DNA of 63,170 nucleotides, the filler included, from Kipferlia bialata (lineage: Eukaryota), in the NCBI GenBank assembly GCA_003568945.1. It is 7 parts of 7 records of this genome, joined end to end, with 100 filler letters (N's around TTAATTAATTAA, not from the genome) between each part and the next. Parts side by side here need not be neighbours in the genome. Positions count along the whole stretch, not along the records: positions 9,989 to 19,869 come from BDIP01001539.1; positions 19,970 to 29,840 come from BDIP01001541.1; 5 more parts are not named here. One strand, written 5' to 3'. Positions 13,001 to 27,794 of this stretch are shown one piece after another (positions within the stretch are counted from its first letter, which is position 1; every line of letters begins with the position of its first letter). Below the pieces are notes generated by a model. That model searched no databases. It was not told the DNA's origin and saw only the letters and a program-made list of their open reading frames with translations. The translations under genes were made by a program, and so were the position numbers.

Positions 13001-16000
13001 GTATCAATATCAGGATGAGAGTGGTCGATGGATGTACCTGACGTGGATACCCTCAATCTCCCCTCCACGATATCCTCTCACACACTAGGCAAGAACAACC
13101 TAGCTGTGGGGTCTGTGTATGAGTTCAAGGGCCCCCTTGAGCTGACCCCTCTGGTCCAGAGCCACCTGTACACAACACCGAGGCTGTCTGACGGTGAGTG
13201 AGTGTACGCATGCGCCCACAAGTATTCATATGTCTGTTCTCTTGCTGTATTCTTGCATAGCTCCAATATCGGAGTTCAGTGAATATCTACACATGACACT
13301 TTGACAATGGATGCATCAGCGTCTCACCCAGCTGCTGCTCTGTCTGTGTCCACCCAGGTGGAGGCCATGTTCCATAGGTGGGTACATGCATGTTGATATA
13401 TGTATATGTATGGATATGGGTACATGCATGTTGATATATGTATATGTATGTATATGGGTTTGTATATCGAGGATATCGAGGCGATATTTCTTAGGTAGGG
13501 GAGCGTGTGAGACCATATGTAATTATGTCACTGTGTTACAGATGCATGTACCTCAGTGTGATCCCCTCAACACTCTCACTCCAGGGCTGTTCAGGCCCAG
13601 TCAGAGGTGCAGTCCCCCAAGACACCCACCGGAAAGAGGCACTCACGTACCAACCAGGCCAAGCTACTGGCCTACACTGAGTTTGTGAAGAAGGTATGAT
13701 ATAGATGGATAGGTATGATATAGTGGATGGACAGACACTCATGCACAATCAGTGGAGCTGGTGCAGAAGTGATCATTCTAGCTAGTATGAGGTCATCCCT
13801 GTTGTTTCTCCCTATCCCATTCTTCCTCTGATGCCAGATTGAGACTGCCTCCAACACCATGACAGAGCTCTTGACCCGTACTCTCACAGGTGGGGGATCT
13901 CTATATGTCACATTAATTGAAGAGTACATTTGTATTGGGGACCCACTGAGCACGTGTCTCTCTCTAGTACTGAGCCTCATTTGTATTTGTGTATGTGTAC
14001 AGTCTCTCACCCTAGGTATTGCCACTAGACTCCATGGTCTCAGCAAGAGTCTTCGTGTCCCCCCAGGGTCCCCAGGATTCATAGCATTCCTCCGCAGGAT
14101 TGTCGATAGAGTGGTACGGTTTTGGTCTACATATGTAGTGTACACATTTTTGTATTGACACAGTCGTCTATCTCTCGGACTTCTCCATACCATATCCATA
14201 CCCCACCCCCAGATATGCGGCCTCATCGACCTGTCCTGTCTCTGGCTAGTGTGGCTGTACGCCCTTGTCCACCCCCAGAATGACCCCTCTCTGTGAGTGC
14301 ATTAAGTGTATAGTCTACAGTGTATGACACATTGTATATCATGATGTACCCTGTTTGCTGGATTCATACACCCATACCCACTCCCAGGTATGTGGACGTC
14401 ACTGCCATATCCGATGGCAAGCTGGTGTTCAAGCCCCCCCTGGGCCCAAAGAGCACTGAGTCCATAGTACCTGCCTCCAGAAACAAGGGGGAGGTGAGGG
14501 TGGTACATGTATATGTCTGGCTTGCAACACACCTTCTTACCCCAGAGCACCCTGTGGCCCCTTGCCCTCCACAGACAGTGGGGGTCTGACTCCCAGGGCA
14601 CGTCTCTCTCCCAGAAGATGTCAGCATGTGTGCTCGAGGCCCTGTGTCTGCCAAGGTATGGATGTCAGTATGAGTATGTGTGTGAGTGGAGAAGAATAGA
14701 CTCGCGATGCTGGTACATCGTCATATTCATATGCCTATATACTCTCTTGTTTCCATACCACTCTGTCCCTCCTACTTACCTCCCAGGGCTGTGGAGCACA
14801 TGGTCAGCCAACTGGCAGCATGTGTACTGGCCAACCCCACCCAGACAGAGGTGAGGCAACGTACTGTAATAATTGTTGGCTAGAATTGTTGTATTTCTGT
14901 TTGTCTCCCTCTCATGTGCTGGTGTCGTTGTATTACTACTCTATGGTATGCTATACATGTGTGACGCTGCCTGTGCCTCACCCCAGGAGGGTGCCGCACC
15001 CATGGCCCCATCCCACCCCTCCCAACAGCCTGTGTCCGTGTCCTCTCTCACATCTCTTGGCATAGGGGGTGGCGATAAGGAGAGAGAGAGAGAGGCTGCC
15101 GAGGAGATGGCAGACAGCGGTAGTGCCCCAGGTGGTACAGGGGCTGTGACAGAGTCATCGCTCACGGTACGGAGGATATGCTGTATTGACGTCTGGTGCT
15201 GTAAGAATGATGATGATGTGACAGCTACCTCTGCCATCATTGAACATATCCATAACATATTATTATCCCCCCTGACCGTGTAGGGCATGGACCTCGTGTC
15301 CACGGTGCTGGTGAGGGGGGTGCAGAGAGAGAGGGCACATGCCAGGGAGGCCGAGCTCACCCAGGTAGGGCACTATCACCCCCATCCACCCATGCTCATC
15401 TCTTGCCCTACACCCTTAGCCATGCACCCATGCACCCATTCACCCATTCACCCATTCACCCATATCACCCTCAGGCCCTGGAGGATGCCCTGCCCGGGTC
15501 CAAGGGTGTGGTGTCCTCCGACGTTTACACTGTCAGAGACGGAGTGCTGTGTAAGCTAGGTACGTGACAGTCCGTCACTACGTGCTGTGACCTGGTATTG
15601 TGGTGCTTGTATATATCTTCGCTGACCTTAGGACTGGGTGTGCTCACGATGGTACAGAGCGGGATCGACAAGGCATACACATGTGCCCTCCCGCTTGCCG
15701 AGATAGTCACTGCCATGAGACCACCGAGGTAGGTTTGGGATGGAGGTTTAGATGTTGATAGATGTCGTTTTGCCCTATTCCTCCACTGACCTCCCAGGGA
15801 GCTAGTGCTGTCCCCCCCTGCCCCCGCCACCCCCTCCTGCGAGTGTGACACAGGGGCCGAGTATGCACTGTGGACACAGAGGTATGGATGTTAATGGTAT
15901 GTATATGTATAAGGCATTCTTGTAGCATATCACCCACGCCATGCATACCCTCACCCCTAGGATCCCCACCATCGATACTGTGGCTGGGCGCCTGGTCTCT

Positions 16001-19000
16001 CCTAGGCTTGTGGAGACCAGGCTCAGTCAGTTCGATCCCAACACGTTCTCATGCGGCTGTTTCCTGCTCAGGTGGGTACTTGTGTATCTGCAGTGTCGTT
16101 GGTTGTGTATGTTGCTAACAGACACCCGTGTACATGCCTACCCACCCCAGGACGCGGTCTGCTCTGGCCTCTGTCAAGAGAGACATCTCGGAGCTGATCT
16201 ATGCCGCGTGTGCCTCCCCTGTCGACAGCATGTACCACGCACTGACAGCGGGTGCGTCCTACCTGGGTGTCATCCACAGCGACATGGCAGAGGTATGTGT
16301 ATGTGTGCTTGGGTACATGGGTGTAATGCTATATCTGTAGCTATCGGTGGTGCAAGGATAGTCTATACAATGCTCCTCTCCCCCCAGGTCCTGGCCCACG
16401 TGCATGACTGGAAGCCCCTCCCCCCCTCCCCCCCTTCCCCCATGGTCACGAGAGGGTCTGCCCCACCCTCGGGTCCTTCCTCGCTGCCACCCCTGGAGGA
16501 GGTGCGTGGCGGTGCTGGTGTCTAGAATATGTATTGTTGAGGAACATATTGTAGTATAGAGTATTATATATATCTGCGTGTGTGACTCCTTCCCTCCCTA
16601 GGTCTGTGACCCCAGGTCTGTGACCCAACTCTGGTGTCCTGTGTTCTTGCACTGCTGAGAGGTCTCAGACGCATCGATAATGTCAAGCCGCTCTTCTACG
16701 ATGCAGAGAGGGCATCTCTGGTCTGTATGAGGTGACTGCATGCTATGTATATGATGATGATATGTTATATCAGCAAGATACGATAGTGTGACGTGATGCA
16801 TGCGCCTATATGGAGGCCCCCTAACCTCAGGTTCTTTGACGGTGCCGACATCAGTATCCCCGACAGAGTGCACGTGGCATATGCACAGAGCGAGGAGGCC
16901 ATGTCCGCTGTGCTGAGGTATGGGTGGTCATGTGCACATACTCATCCGTCCTAAGTCTTCAATTGTGTATATGTAACACCCAGAGACTTGCCTGCCTATA
17001 TATGTATATAGGTATACCAATATATATAAATATATATCATTAACAGCCAGAGACATGCCTGCCTATCTCTCCACATGGGACTCCCTCAGACCCGGCCTTC
17101 TCTCGTACAACTCTGCCCTGGAGGAGCTCCTCTTCGATGCTGCTCCGTCCATCCTGCAGGTGGGCGCAGTGTGCCATGGGTGTATGTATATGGATGGGTA
17201 TGTGTATGAGTGTATTGACAATGTCACTCACCATCCAGGAGATAGAGAAGAGCTCTGGCATCGGGCGTCTTGTGTGCCACGTGGCCAACGAGCATGCCCA
17301 GCACATCAACGCCCTGGACAATGGCATTGTGACGGCGTCCATAGAGAGCGCGGTGGAGAGGTATGACACCAGCGACAAGTGGCCGGGTGTTTACATACAT
17401 GAACCCCCCCCCCCTTACCCACCAGGCACGATACCCTGCGGCACAACCTCGACAACCTGCTGGCATATGAGACAGGTCTACAGGTGGGGAGTATCAGTCC
17501 TCAGTATTATCAGATATAGATAAATATAGATACTGATACATATGAGGCAGGTCTTCAGGGAGGGAGGCTCCTGTCTTCATCCGTGTGTTGATTGTAGTAT
17601 GTCCTCTGACTCCCAGGAGTTGCTGGACCTGCAGGGCATGGACACCAGGCACTTTGAGCAGCTCCATGCCTCAGACGCCATCCTCAGGGCGTGCAGGCTG
17701 CTCTGGGGCCTATTGGAGGTGGGGTGCCTCTGTCTTATACTGCTACGTTGGGTGAAACAGTAGTTGCATACTATTGTTGTTCACATGTTCCTGTTTTACT
17801 CTACCGTTTAGTGTGTATGTACATGTGTTCCAATTGTGTCTTCCTGTCTCTCTCACCCCACCTCAGGATGTGAATGCTCAGATTGAGGGCATATCACGCC
17901 TCAGACTGGGGTCCCTAGACCCCCTGGCCGAGAGAGACATCTTGGTGCAGCGGGTTCACCACCTGCTCGATGACATACACTGGTGAGGGAGCAGTTGGAT
18001 ACATATATACTGGTACAGTGTTGGTGTATGTCAGTGCGTTTGCTCCATTTGCTGTACTTGTGATGACTTGACTGTTGTCTCCCATCAGGTCTCGTTTGTA
18101 CCTTCTCACCCATAGGTTTGACGAGACCATTGTGTTCACCCACAACACCACCAATGTCGTGTCTACATTCCTGAGACACTTCCCACAGGTAGGGCGTAGG
18201 CGTGTGTACTCCCTGTGAGTTGGGTGCCACCCATCTGGCTATATCTATCAGTTGTATATGAAGAGTTCCGTCATTTCAGTTTGTATCGCGTTCATATACG
18301 CCTCTGACCCCAGCCTCCATCCCAGCCTGTGTCTATGCCACTGGAGCCCCGCCGTGCTGCCTTCTCCCCTTCCGAGGTGGAGGATCTGTGTGTGGTGGAG
18401 TGGGCCATATTCCAGAGGGTCTTTGAGGTAGGAAGTCATTAGCATTCCTAGTCTCCATCCATCTTCAGGTATCCGTCCCTCTCTGTCCGAGACTGACTGC
18501 CAGGTCTCTCTGTTCTACGCGCAGTGCCTGTCCACCATCCACCACCTGGCACCCCTGTCGCCACACCACTGGAGGTGGACACACACCATGTCTCTCGTCT
18601 CTCATCACCCCCTCTCACCTCAGAGACTTGGCCCATGACATAGCCGTCATCACAGAGAACTCACGGTATGCCGACAAGATACCCCTGGTGATAGGACCAG
18701 ACGCAGAGGGAGAGGGAGAGGAAGGGGAGGAGGAGGAGGTGCGTGGCAGTTTGGTAGTTGACGCTTGGTTATAGAGTGTTACACTCATCGTTGCTGAAGT
18801 GTATCTGTGTCTGCACGTCTCACCCTCAGGGTTCCGAGGCCTATAAGGCCTCTAAGGACACTGGTCTCTTTGGCAATGGCAGTGAGGCACTCACAGTGAG
18901 GTCAGTGTCTATCTAATGAGTGCCCATGTCGAGTGCCGGGTCTGTGTCTCTAGTCCGTGTGTCCCCCCTCTGACCCCAGGAGTGTTCTCTCCTTGGACGT

Positions 19001-19684
19001 GTCGCTCTTCGGCGAGGCCTGCCAGCAGACTCTGGACAGGACCCTAGGGGAACAGGAGGTGTCGTCGGCCATCTCCACCCTCAACACCACCTGGGAGGGC
19101 ATCGCAGGGTCTGCCCTGCTCGACGCCTCCATGACCGTGGCAAGGGCCCTCGACAGACACGCCAGCGACACAAAGGTGGGCATGTGTATCGTGGCATGAA
19201 GTATAGCCCCTGCCCCTAACCCCAGGGTCAGTTCTTGGCCTATGACGGCTACTCCTCCTGTGTGGAGTGGGGTGCGGTGGCTGGGTATGTGTCAGTCGTG
19301 CCCGGGGGCACACGGCGCCCCGGGGTCAGCGACCTCTTCCCCCTCCTGATTAAGCAGAGACAGGTACGGGGATACTGCAGTGTATGTGTATAGGGTCCGT
19401 GCAATTGTGCTCTTCTCCGACTCTTCACCTGTCTTGATGTCTCACCTGTCTAGGTTTTCACCGACCTGAGGCGTTCCTCCCATGCCCAGCGCTTTGAGGA
19501 GGAGTTGGCGACACTCAATGGGTATGTGGATTGTGTGGATGTGGTGGGAGGTGGTATGGCTTTTCATATTGTGTGGATATGTTATGTATGAGTATCCCTG
19601 TCTGACCCAGGCTGCTGTTGACTGGCACCCGGTCCATCTGGCTGCTGTCCTGCATCTCGTGCATGTGCAGGATGTGCTTCAACG
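10041..19684 (+). CDS. Divergent dynein heavy chain, tail and start of linker (DHC_N2-like); many short exons, both ends truncated
   Basis: A continuous chain of GT-AG exons. The spliced 3' part reads LCVVEWAIFQRVFE...ALTVRSVLSLDVSLFGEACQQTLDRTLGEQEVSSAISTLNTTW...GVSDLFPLLIKQRQVFTDLRRSSHAQRFEEELATL. By eye this follows the order of the dynein motifs HW, LTLG..D, E..LE..L..I...W and GWDDLF....MK.SPY...FEE. No AAA motifs lie within the contig. Confidence 0.65.
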
Positions 19685-19869
19685 GTATGAAAGATGTCCA
19701 ATGCTTGTGTGGTTGTAGAGCATTATTACATGTTGATGATTGAAGAGTAACACTATGACACCTTAACATACGATATCCACTGATTGTGTAACTTCAGCAT
19801 GGCAGATATACCATACATATATCCTACCCCCCCCCCCCCCCCCCCCAATAACCCCAGGGGGGATGCCCC

Positions 19870-19969
19870 NNNNNNNNNNNNNNNNNNNNNNNNNNNNNNN
19901 NNNNNNNNNNNNNTTAATTAATTAANNNNNNNNNNNNNNNNNNNNNNNNNNNNNNNNNNNNNNNNNNNN
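19870..19969. other. Artificial contig linker
   Basis: N44-TTAATTAATTAA-N44. Confidence 0.99.
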
Positions 19970-22900
19970 TGGGCGATCCAGTTTGGCTTCAGTCCAGACT
20001 GGATCCATTCTGGCACCCCTGACTCAGGCAAAACCTAAGGTAGGACTACTGGCGTCAATGGGAGGTCTCTACTTAGAAGTAGTGGTCCCAAACTTAAACA
20101 GAGAGTGTAAGAGTACTACTACTACTACAACTTACACACTCACAGGGAATAGTACCTCTGAATGTGTGTTGTCTGGTGGCATCTCATATAGCCAGTGGGC
20201 TGTGTCCTCTACCTGAAATGAGGGGTAGGAAAGAGAAATGCTACCTGACAAGTGATAAGAGCGTGTTATCAACAATACGTATTGTATGACTATTTTAACG
20301 CAGACTTGCCTCTGGCAGGTGTGGCCCCATAGCGGCTCTTGCTCTCTCTCTTGCCCTGTACACAGGGGCTAGTGGGTCTTCCAGGTCATAAGGGTCCTGC
20401 ATGTAAGAGTATGATAACCCATATACATACATACATATACCCAAACAAGTGGGTACATATATGGAGGGCTCATGCTGGTGTAGCTGGCTTGGTGGTCTTG
20501 TCTCTATCTTATGTGCAGCATTGGTAGGGAGAGTATGTATCTATTGCGCTGTCTGACCATACCTCCCCCAGTGTCCTGTTAAGGATGTCCCCAGTACCTA
20601 TGTCCATGGCAAGGAAGATGGGCTGGATAGCAGCACGGACTGGGATTGGAAGTCATGTACATACATACACTCAGTGGCATTGCAGTACAATATACGTCAA
20701 AGAGAACATCTGATATACTACATCAGGTATCCAACTACGTCGACTTACGTTGGGGGTTGCCTCTCCTGGTTGTCGTGTTCAGCTCAGAGAAGAAGGCTGT
20801 TGTGCTGGTCTGGAGTGCGTCTAGTTGTGCCAGAGAGAGGTCAGACAGCATTGCCTCCTGAAGGGTAGTGACAGGGATATAGAGTACATATCCCTCTATA
20901 TATATGTGTGTCTGTCACTAACCGAAGTACTGAGGGTATCGGAGGTCACTGAAGGCCCAGACACTGCATCAGTGTCTGCCCCACGAGTCTGTAGTTAGAA
21001 AGATGGTTGGGTGTTAGTATGTACTAACTACATGATGATGTTTACAGAAACAGGTTCTCTGTTCTTCTCAGAGTAGTCTCTGCCCCATCATTATATATAT
21101 ATGTAGTACAATACACTGCATATATACTAGTGGGTGTATGTCGAATTTACCTCCGTGGTACTGGGCCAGGTGGAGACCTCCTCTTGGGCAAGTGAAAGCT
21201 GCTCAAGAACACGCTGGTTCTCTGTCTCCTCCTAGCATCAGAGGTGGGGGACTGGTCATACGGTAATGCACAATACTTAGGGTTACAAGGTCGAGTATCT
21301 CACATGAAATATGTCGCATGAACATCTACAGATCTCACCTCCCATCCAGTGTCATCTCCCCCCTCTATGTTGGATAGAGTATGGGCGAAGGCAGCAGTGA
21401 CATCATCGGTGGTTCCCCAGAAGACCTCGACAGCCTCTGTTTCCTTATCACCCAACCTATCTGCCGTTAGTACAAGGATATTACCTAAAGAGGGTATGGT
21501 TGCTTTCTCTCATTCTGCCACGTAAGAAACACCAACGTCTTGGCCTGTAATATACGAATTTCTTGTTTCATACTAAGATCGGCAGCATATACGATAGAGC
21601 TGCACTTGCTGCCATACCTGCTGCTGCCGACTGAACCTCCAATACAATTGCATCGTTGATCCAGCCCTGACCCTCACGGAGGAGGTCAAGGGCGTGCATC
21701 TCCTACCACTTAGACTAAACAAGGGTGGTTGAGGTATCAGTATCATACTGTAGTACTCGACACCAGTAGTTCAATCAGAGTCTAAATATCAGAGAGAGTG
21801 TTACCTTCAGCAGCTCGTGCCGTCTCTCCTGAAGCCTCTCCCTCTCAGTCAGTGTGACTTGCGGCCCAGTGAGGGAGTCGGACTCAGAGACTGCAGTTGC
21901 TGCGTCTGGGCTTTCCCGCTGGGTCTCTTCTTCACTTGTCTCTGTGTACCCACATGTTTCTGTTAGAGAATGGTTGGGTATGTGGCACCCCAGGTCGACT
22001 TCCATCTTAGGTTACAATACAGTAATCATTGTCATTGTAGATTATCCATATATCACGTATAGACACTACAACCTACCTTGTGTGTCACCACGACCCCGTT
22101 CTTGACATAGACACGGAGATAGACCCTCTCCCTTGGATGAAGGAATAGTAGTGGTAAAGGAGATAGTATGAACAATGCGGTGATTTAATATGAGTATACT
22201 GATACGTCTCATACCCTGCTGCGCTACTTGCCCTCACAGCCGACTTGATTGCATCCAGTATGTCTGTACATTAGCGTAAGCACAAGTGACTATATCATAT
22301 TGTTCGGTGAGTATATAGTGAAATGGTTCAGCTATGGACCCGAGATATTGAATGGTGATGGATACAAAAGCTCTTGATGTGAACACTGACCATAAGCACT
22401 CAAGATAAATAATTAAATGTATACTAATACAGCACCTGGGGCCAGCTGGCCCAGTTGCTCCATGTTGACAAATGAAGTGCACTGCCTGACGGTTCTGGCG
22501 TAAGAATGCGAGACAAGTCTAACGTGTAGCAATGTATGTGTTGGCAATTGAGAGAACCTATCTTGTTTACACCATTACGACCCCAAGACAAGCAGAACTT
22601 GCACTTGTTTGGTATATACGCAGTAGGATTACATGCTTACAGCTAGTCTGTGGACAACACACTGTACCTGAACTGTAGCTCCGTCTTACACCCTGGCTGG
22701 AGGGCACACTGTGCACTGATGTGAGGATATGGGAGTAAACATATGTGACACACTCATCAGATGTTACAGCTAGAGACAAGGTAACGTTGAACGATATCTT
22801 ACTATGCACACACATGATATGTGTGTGCTCATCATTCCGTAAGATATATATAACTTACATACTTTAGAGGAGTCCAGGGAAAGACATGTACACCGGGTCG

Positions 22901-24793
22901 AGTCCGGAACAGGTTGCCTGCCATAAAAGAACTCCTTTGAGCCACAAGGTCAATGCATATATATGTATATACACACTGTGATCCTAGGTACAACTCTAGC
23001 ATATACTGACAGAACCCATGGTATAATCACAAAGACAGCTGCAAGAGCATAAGTGGCAATTGCAACACAATGGTTGGAATAACAGTACCTTCGAGAGACT
23101 TGTGAGGAACTCCACCTATGACACCACTGGCATACATTCCAACATTGGTGACCGTAGTATGAGACATGAACTGATGTTAGGGTATCACATCCAAAACAAT
23201 ACTGGTGTACGTAATGTTCACTCTATAAGGTAACACAAAGGCATGGAATACATATGTGGTACTCGAGAGAGCTATCTTTGAGTATATACTTTACTGTTGT
23301 GTTATACACGGAGCTCTTACCGACACAAACACCCTGGCAGCGTCGGAGTCTATGTGGCGCTTGACGTGTAGGAACAGGTGGTCCCTCACACTGTTGTGCT
23401 CATTTACCTGCGGTCATTGGACTAGGTCAATTCGTTCTATGATAGTTACCCCTCCTACGTGTAGTTGAGTACAGCTGCTAACATCATATACCTAATGAGT
23501 AAGTGATTGCGTTGACTACCATTTCTAGTTGGTTATTCATACACATTAATAACCTCGCTATTACCTTGAAGTTCTCTAATCTTGATAATACAGTGTTGGC
23601 TTCAGATTACCTTGAGTGGAGTGATGGTAGTCAGCTGGTCCAGGCGAAAACGAGAGTAGTGAGGGATGTAGGGGGGTATCTCCTGAGATCCCCATGCCAT
23701 GTTGCACTGGGTATCAAACCGGGTCTGGAGCCTGACTGTCAGAGGTGTAGAACCTAAAGTAGCATCAGTGGAAGACAAGTATGCATTGTATTCGTTGAAT
23801 ACTAGTGTACGTAAGCATATAGCAGTACAACACCAATACTACGTACTCTCTCTGGTGCTCTGGGGTGATGTCCAGTTCGTCAAGACGGGCTAGACCTACA
23901 TCCACAGGAGGGAGAGGCGCTAGAGTGAGCTAGAGAAGAACCATCTGTACAATATTAGGCACAATCTATACAGTATGTATATATGCACTATTGTGACTGT
24001 TTACAGTATATTGCGAAGTTGTGAGTCTCATAGGACATTTACAGAAGGGAAGGGTGGATGACATTATAGTGTCCACATATATCATAAGAATTCAATGTGT
24101 ATACACATAGTTATACACACTAACCTGTTCCGTCAGGGGTGGAGGACCACACACTTAGTACAACTTGGGGTCTCATCGGGAATGTACCACCAAAACTCTT
24201 GCAGGATGTCTGAGTCACCCTACTATGAGCTGTGTGAACATACAGTATCGACTTCAGCATTATGATGTTCAGTGAATAACTACTTAAAGCCAATATCAGT
24301 TGTATATCAAGGATAAATGTGTCACAGCCTAGAAGGACACGTACCCCACCATTGCCCGTAGATTAACATCAATGCTGTAGAAGATGTCGAACAGACCGGA
24401 GGTCTCAGGGTTCTCTCTCAGGTACTGCCGGGCATCTGAAGTAAGGGTCTCCTATTCTATATTCATCTAGTTGATGTAACAGCCATGGGATCCTACCTTC
24501 TCCATCAATCACGAGTGAGACCAGAGAGGTGTGATCAGTTGGGATATCGTCCTATGTGTCAGTCACACTGAGCAAGTGTGTGTGATCGGTGAGTGATTCC
24601 TCTCTACTACCTATAGAGAGTAGAGTGTGTTGTGCTACGCATACATAATGTAAGACTAACGATATACACCAGCGGCAGTGTCGCACCAGCACCCATTCAG
24701 TTCTGGGCTGACCGTACCTCAGAGGGTGGCACATATCCCTGCTGGTGCAGGAATGGAAGGCAAGGAGGTGTCTGTGTCATCAGTGGTACTTGA
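19970..24793 (-). CDS. Multi-exon hypothetical protein (boundaries approximate; may be more than one gene)
   Basis: Minus-strand exons splice in frame: QVPLMTQTPPCLPFLHQQGYVPPSE|DDIPTDHTSLVSLVIDGE|DARQYLRENPETSGLFDIFYSIDVNLRAMV|GVTQTSCKSFGGTFPMRPQVVLSVWSSTPDGT|APLPPVDVGLARLDELDITPEHQR|ELQTRFDTQCNMAWG. Further exon-like blocks continue to the contig end. No family recognised. Confidence 0.55.
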
Positions 24794-25152
24794 CTAATAC
24801 TAACTGTAGACAATACCCAAATGACACACCCTCCTGACAGATTCGTCGCCTATATGCATAAGGTTGTATATACTCACCATGTGCTATGTGGCTTGGCAAC
24901 TTAGGAGGTCAGTAAACTATCCTCTAGAGAGACTCCACTGCGAGTGTCGAGAGACCAACAGTTGAAGAGTGAAATCGTCAAACGCGGTTCCTTGAGTTTG
25001 ACCAACTGTTTACTAAACAGCAGCTGTTTAGAGGTACTATCAGTTCAACTGTTGATCAAGAGGGTATCTTTTGACCCATCCTCTTGTAGGTAAACAGTCA
25101 TTTCAGAGACCTCTTCTCTCTCCCTCTTCAACCTGTCTCTGCAATCCCACAG

Positions 25153-27762
25153 GAGAGACAAGACACCGTTCACACACCCAACATGGTGAGTCATACCTTC
25201 GTAAGTGGATCTATCACAAGCTGTGTTGTATCTACACGTTCTTTGTGTTATGTATGGGTTGCTTGTACATAGAACTGAACAGCTACATTGTCTCTTCACG
25301 TTTCACCCAGCCACTCAAGCCTAAGTCAGTACCCATAGTGGCATTGGGACTTGAGCCGTTTGCAGCCGACCCCAACTATGAGACTCAGGTATAGTATGGT
25401 GTACATCATCACTCTCCACACGGGTATTTGACTAGAGTCCCTGGGATAGAGAGACCACTAATAAGGCAGTCCTCTCTTGATACAGCATCACTAGCGTACT
25501 CCCCACTTGGACTGCAGATCGGCCCAGGTATGCTGTTGTATCAATACTCTGATATATATGGGTATGGTACGCTATTCATACACTGTATATTTGTGAATCT
25601 ATCGCCATGGTATTGCTATCAACCCCCAGGCATCTCTTCTCACAGCCTAAGTGATACCCCCTCTTTCCTGCAGAGGGTCCACAACCAACTGGGTCACGTG
25701 ATGAGGTACCCAATTGAGAAGACCTGTATCGTAAATATTAGTGGTGGTAAGAGCATGCTAATAACACAATGGTTCATACAAAAGTATAACCACAGGTCCG
25801 TAGGTGCCTACCACAGAAACTTCGCCACTGGTCGCGACCGTGTAGAGAGAGCCAAGACTGGTCGCACCCCTTCCCTACGCGTATCCTCTCTTGCGCAGGG
25901 AGACACAAGTATGTTCCAAATGCTACATCGACCCAGTATCAATATATAGAGTGTAGTATAGTTGTATAGCCGTACTACGTGAGTCTATAGGGTGAGTATG
26001 GCATCTATATAGTGCTGGTATCATGAACATCTACATCCTCGAGACACACATACTTGAAACAGTCCTTGACACCTAACACAAGGTCAGAACCGCCCGGATA
26101 TTGACGTTGGTCTCTTTGAATACCAGCTGCTACGTCTGGACAAGGACATGCACAAGTGGTGAGTGCCTTGAAGTACAAGTTGTATTCCAACTCCATATCT
26201 CTTCGCATTGCTGTACCCTCAGTGAGTATCTCACATCAGGTGCGAGGACACGTTCTCTAGGCAGGCACCTGCTGACAGTGATGTGATCCCTATTACCCAC
26301 TACACCAAGAACTACAAGCCTGGAAAGGTTAGTACCCACTTGATATTTGAGACTCTATACAAATTGCATGCTCATACAGCATAGTACCTTGTCCTATGTA
26401 GAGTCTATTGTTCTCAGTTTTGACATACCACGGTTCACGCTTATCCACAGGGTGCTATCAACGTGAAAGACCTTCTATTTCACAACCTCCTACTGCACCT
26501 CACATCTGGTGTTCACTCAGCAAACGTGTGGGTAAGTGCTAGGCTACCTCCGGGATAGCATCGACTCAACACATACTATCTTCACATCCGTATACCTATC
26601 TACAAGGGTACACAGTCACGAGTACCTTGTGTCCTCATGTGGTTCTAATTATCAGCTTATGGGTGTATACCGTGTCACAGAGCAGAGCATCTTCCTCTCT
26701 GGTACTGTGTCTATGGAGAGAGTGATTGTACCAGGCATGGATGGAGTCCAGTGGCGTCTTGCAGGTGATACAGTGTAGTCAATATATATTACACAGAATC
26801 TGTCTAGATACTGTAGGTAGTAAGGAACAATACTATTGAAAGCAGGGAGAATGCTGATATCGTATAGAGAAGTGGTGTGCTCTTGCAACACATTCAGTTC
26901 TGTGCATGCTCTCTTACCACAGGAGAGTTCACTCTGATAGAACCAGGGACCATCGTTACCATGCCATTCAAGACAGACAGGTAATGGACAGAGTATAATT
27001 CATATCACATATTGAGTGATAACTCAGAGGGAAGAGACCCTAGTCACAGTCTCATGTAATACCCACACTCGTTTGTCTATTCACCATTCTAGGCACACAC
27101 AGACAGTGCAATCCCTCAGTGTGGCACAACAGGAGTTCATCAGGTACAATATACCCTCCATCTACTACTTATCGGTGTATATATATTACTATTGGTTGGT
27201 TCTAATTTCTATAGGGAGAGACTCAGTGACCCGGAGTTGATGGGACGCATATACTGGGAGGAGCTACAGCAACTTGCACCAGGTATAGTAGTGGGCATAG
27301 TCTTGTGCTCCTGTGACAATTTCTATGGGAATGTCTCACACACAGCTGTGGCCAGACACCTCCACGAGGCTGTGAAGCCCAACATCAACAGCGGGTGAGG
27401 ATTTCATGGATATATACAGTGGGTCCTGTAGACTGCAGTATGCCAAGTCCGAATCACTCTACAGTATACAGTCTACAATGTGCTTTGCCAAAGTATTGTT
27501 GACACACACCTCTAGCATCACACCCTCACTCAAAGGCAGAGAGTGTCCCTGGATGTCAACATTGTGGATGGTGTCGTCTTCGCACACAAGGTACTCCTTA
27601 CTATATGGTTCTAGTTTAGTGTACTGGCCCTCTGATGAGTAGACAGTCTGTGCTACTGAGGCGCCAAAGAGAAGAGCTGCACATGTACATGTCACAGGAC
27701 TGTCCCGTCACATGGCGGTAGAGGGTCCCTCTAGTGAGTACGAATACTATCAGCATATCGCA

Positions 27763-27794
<32 letters not shown>

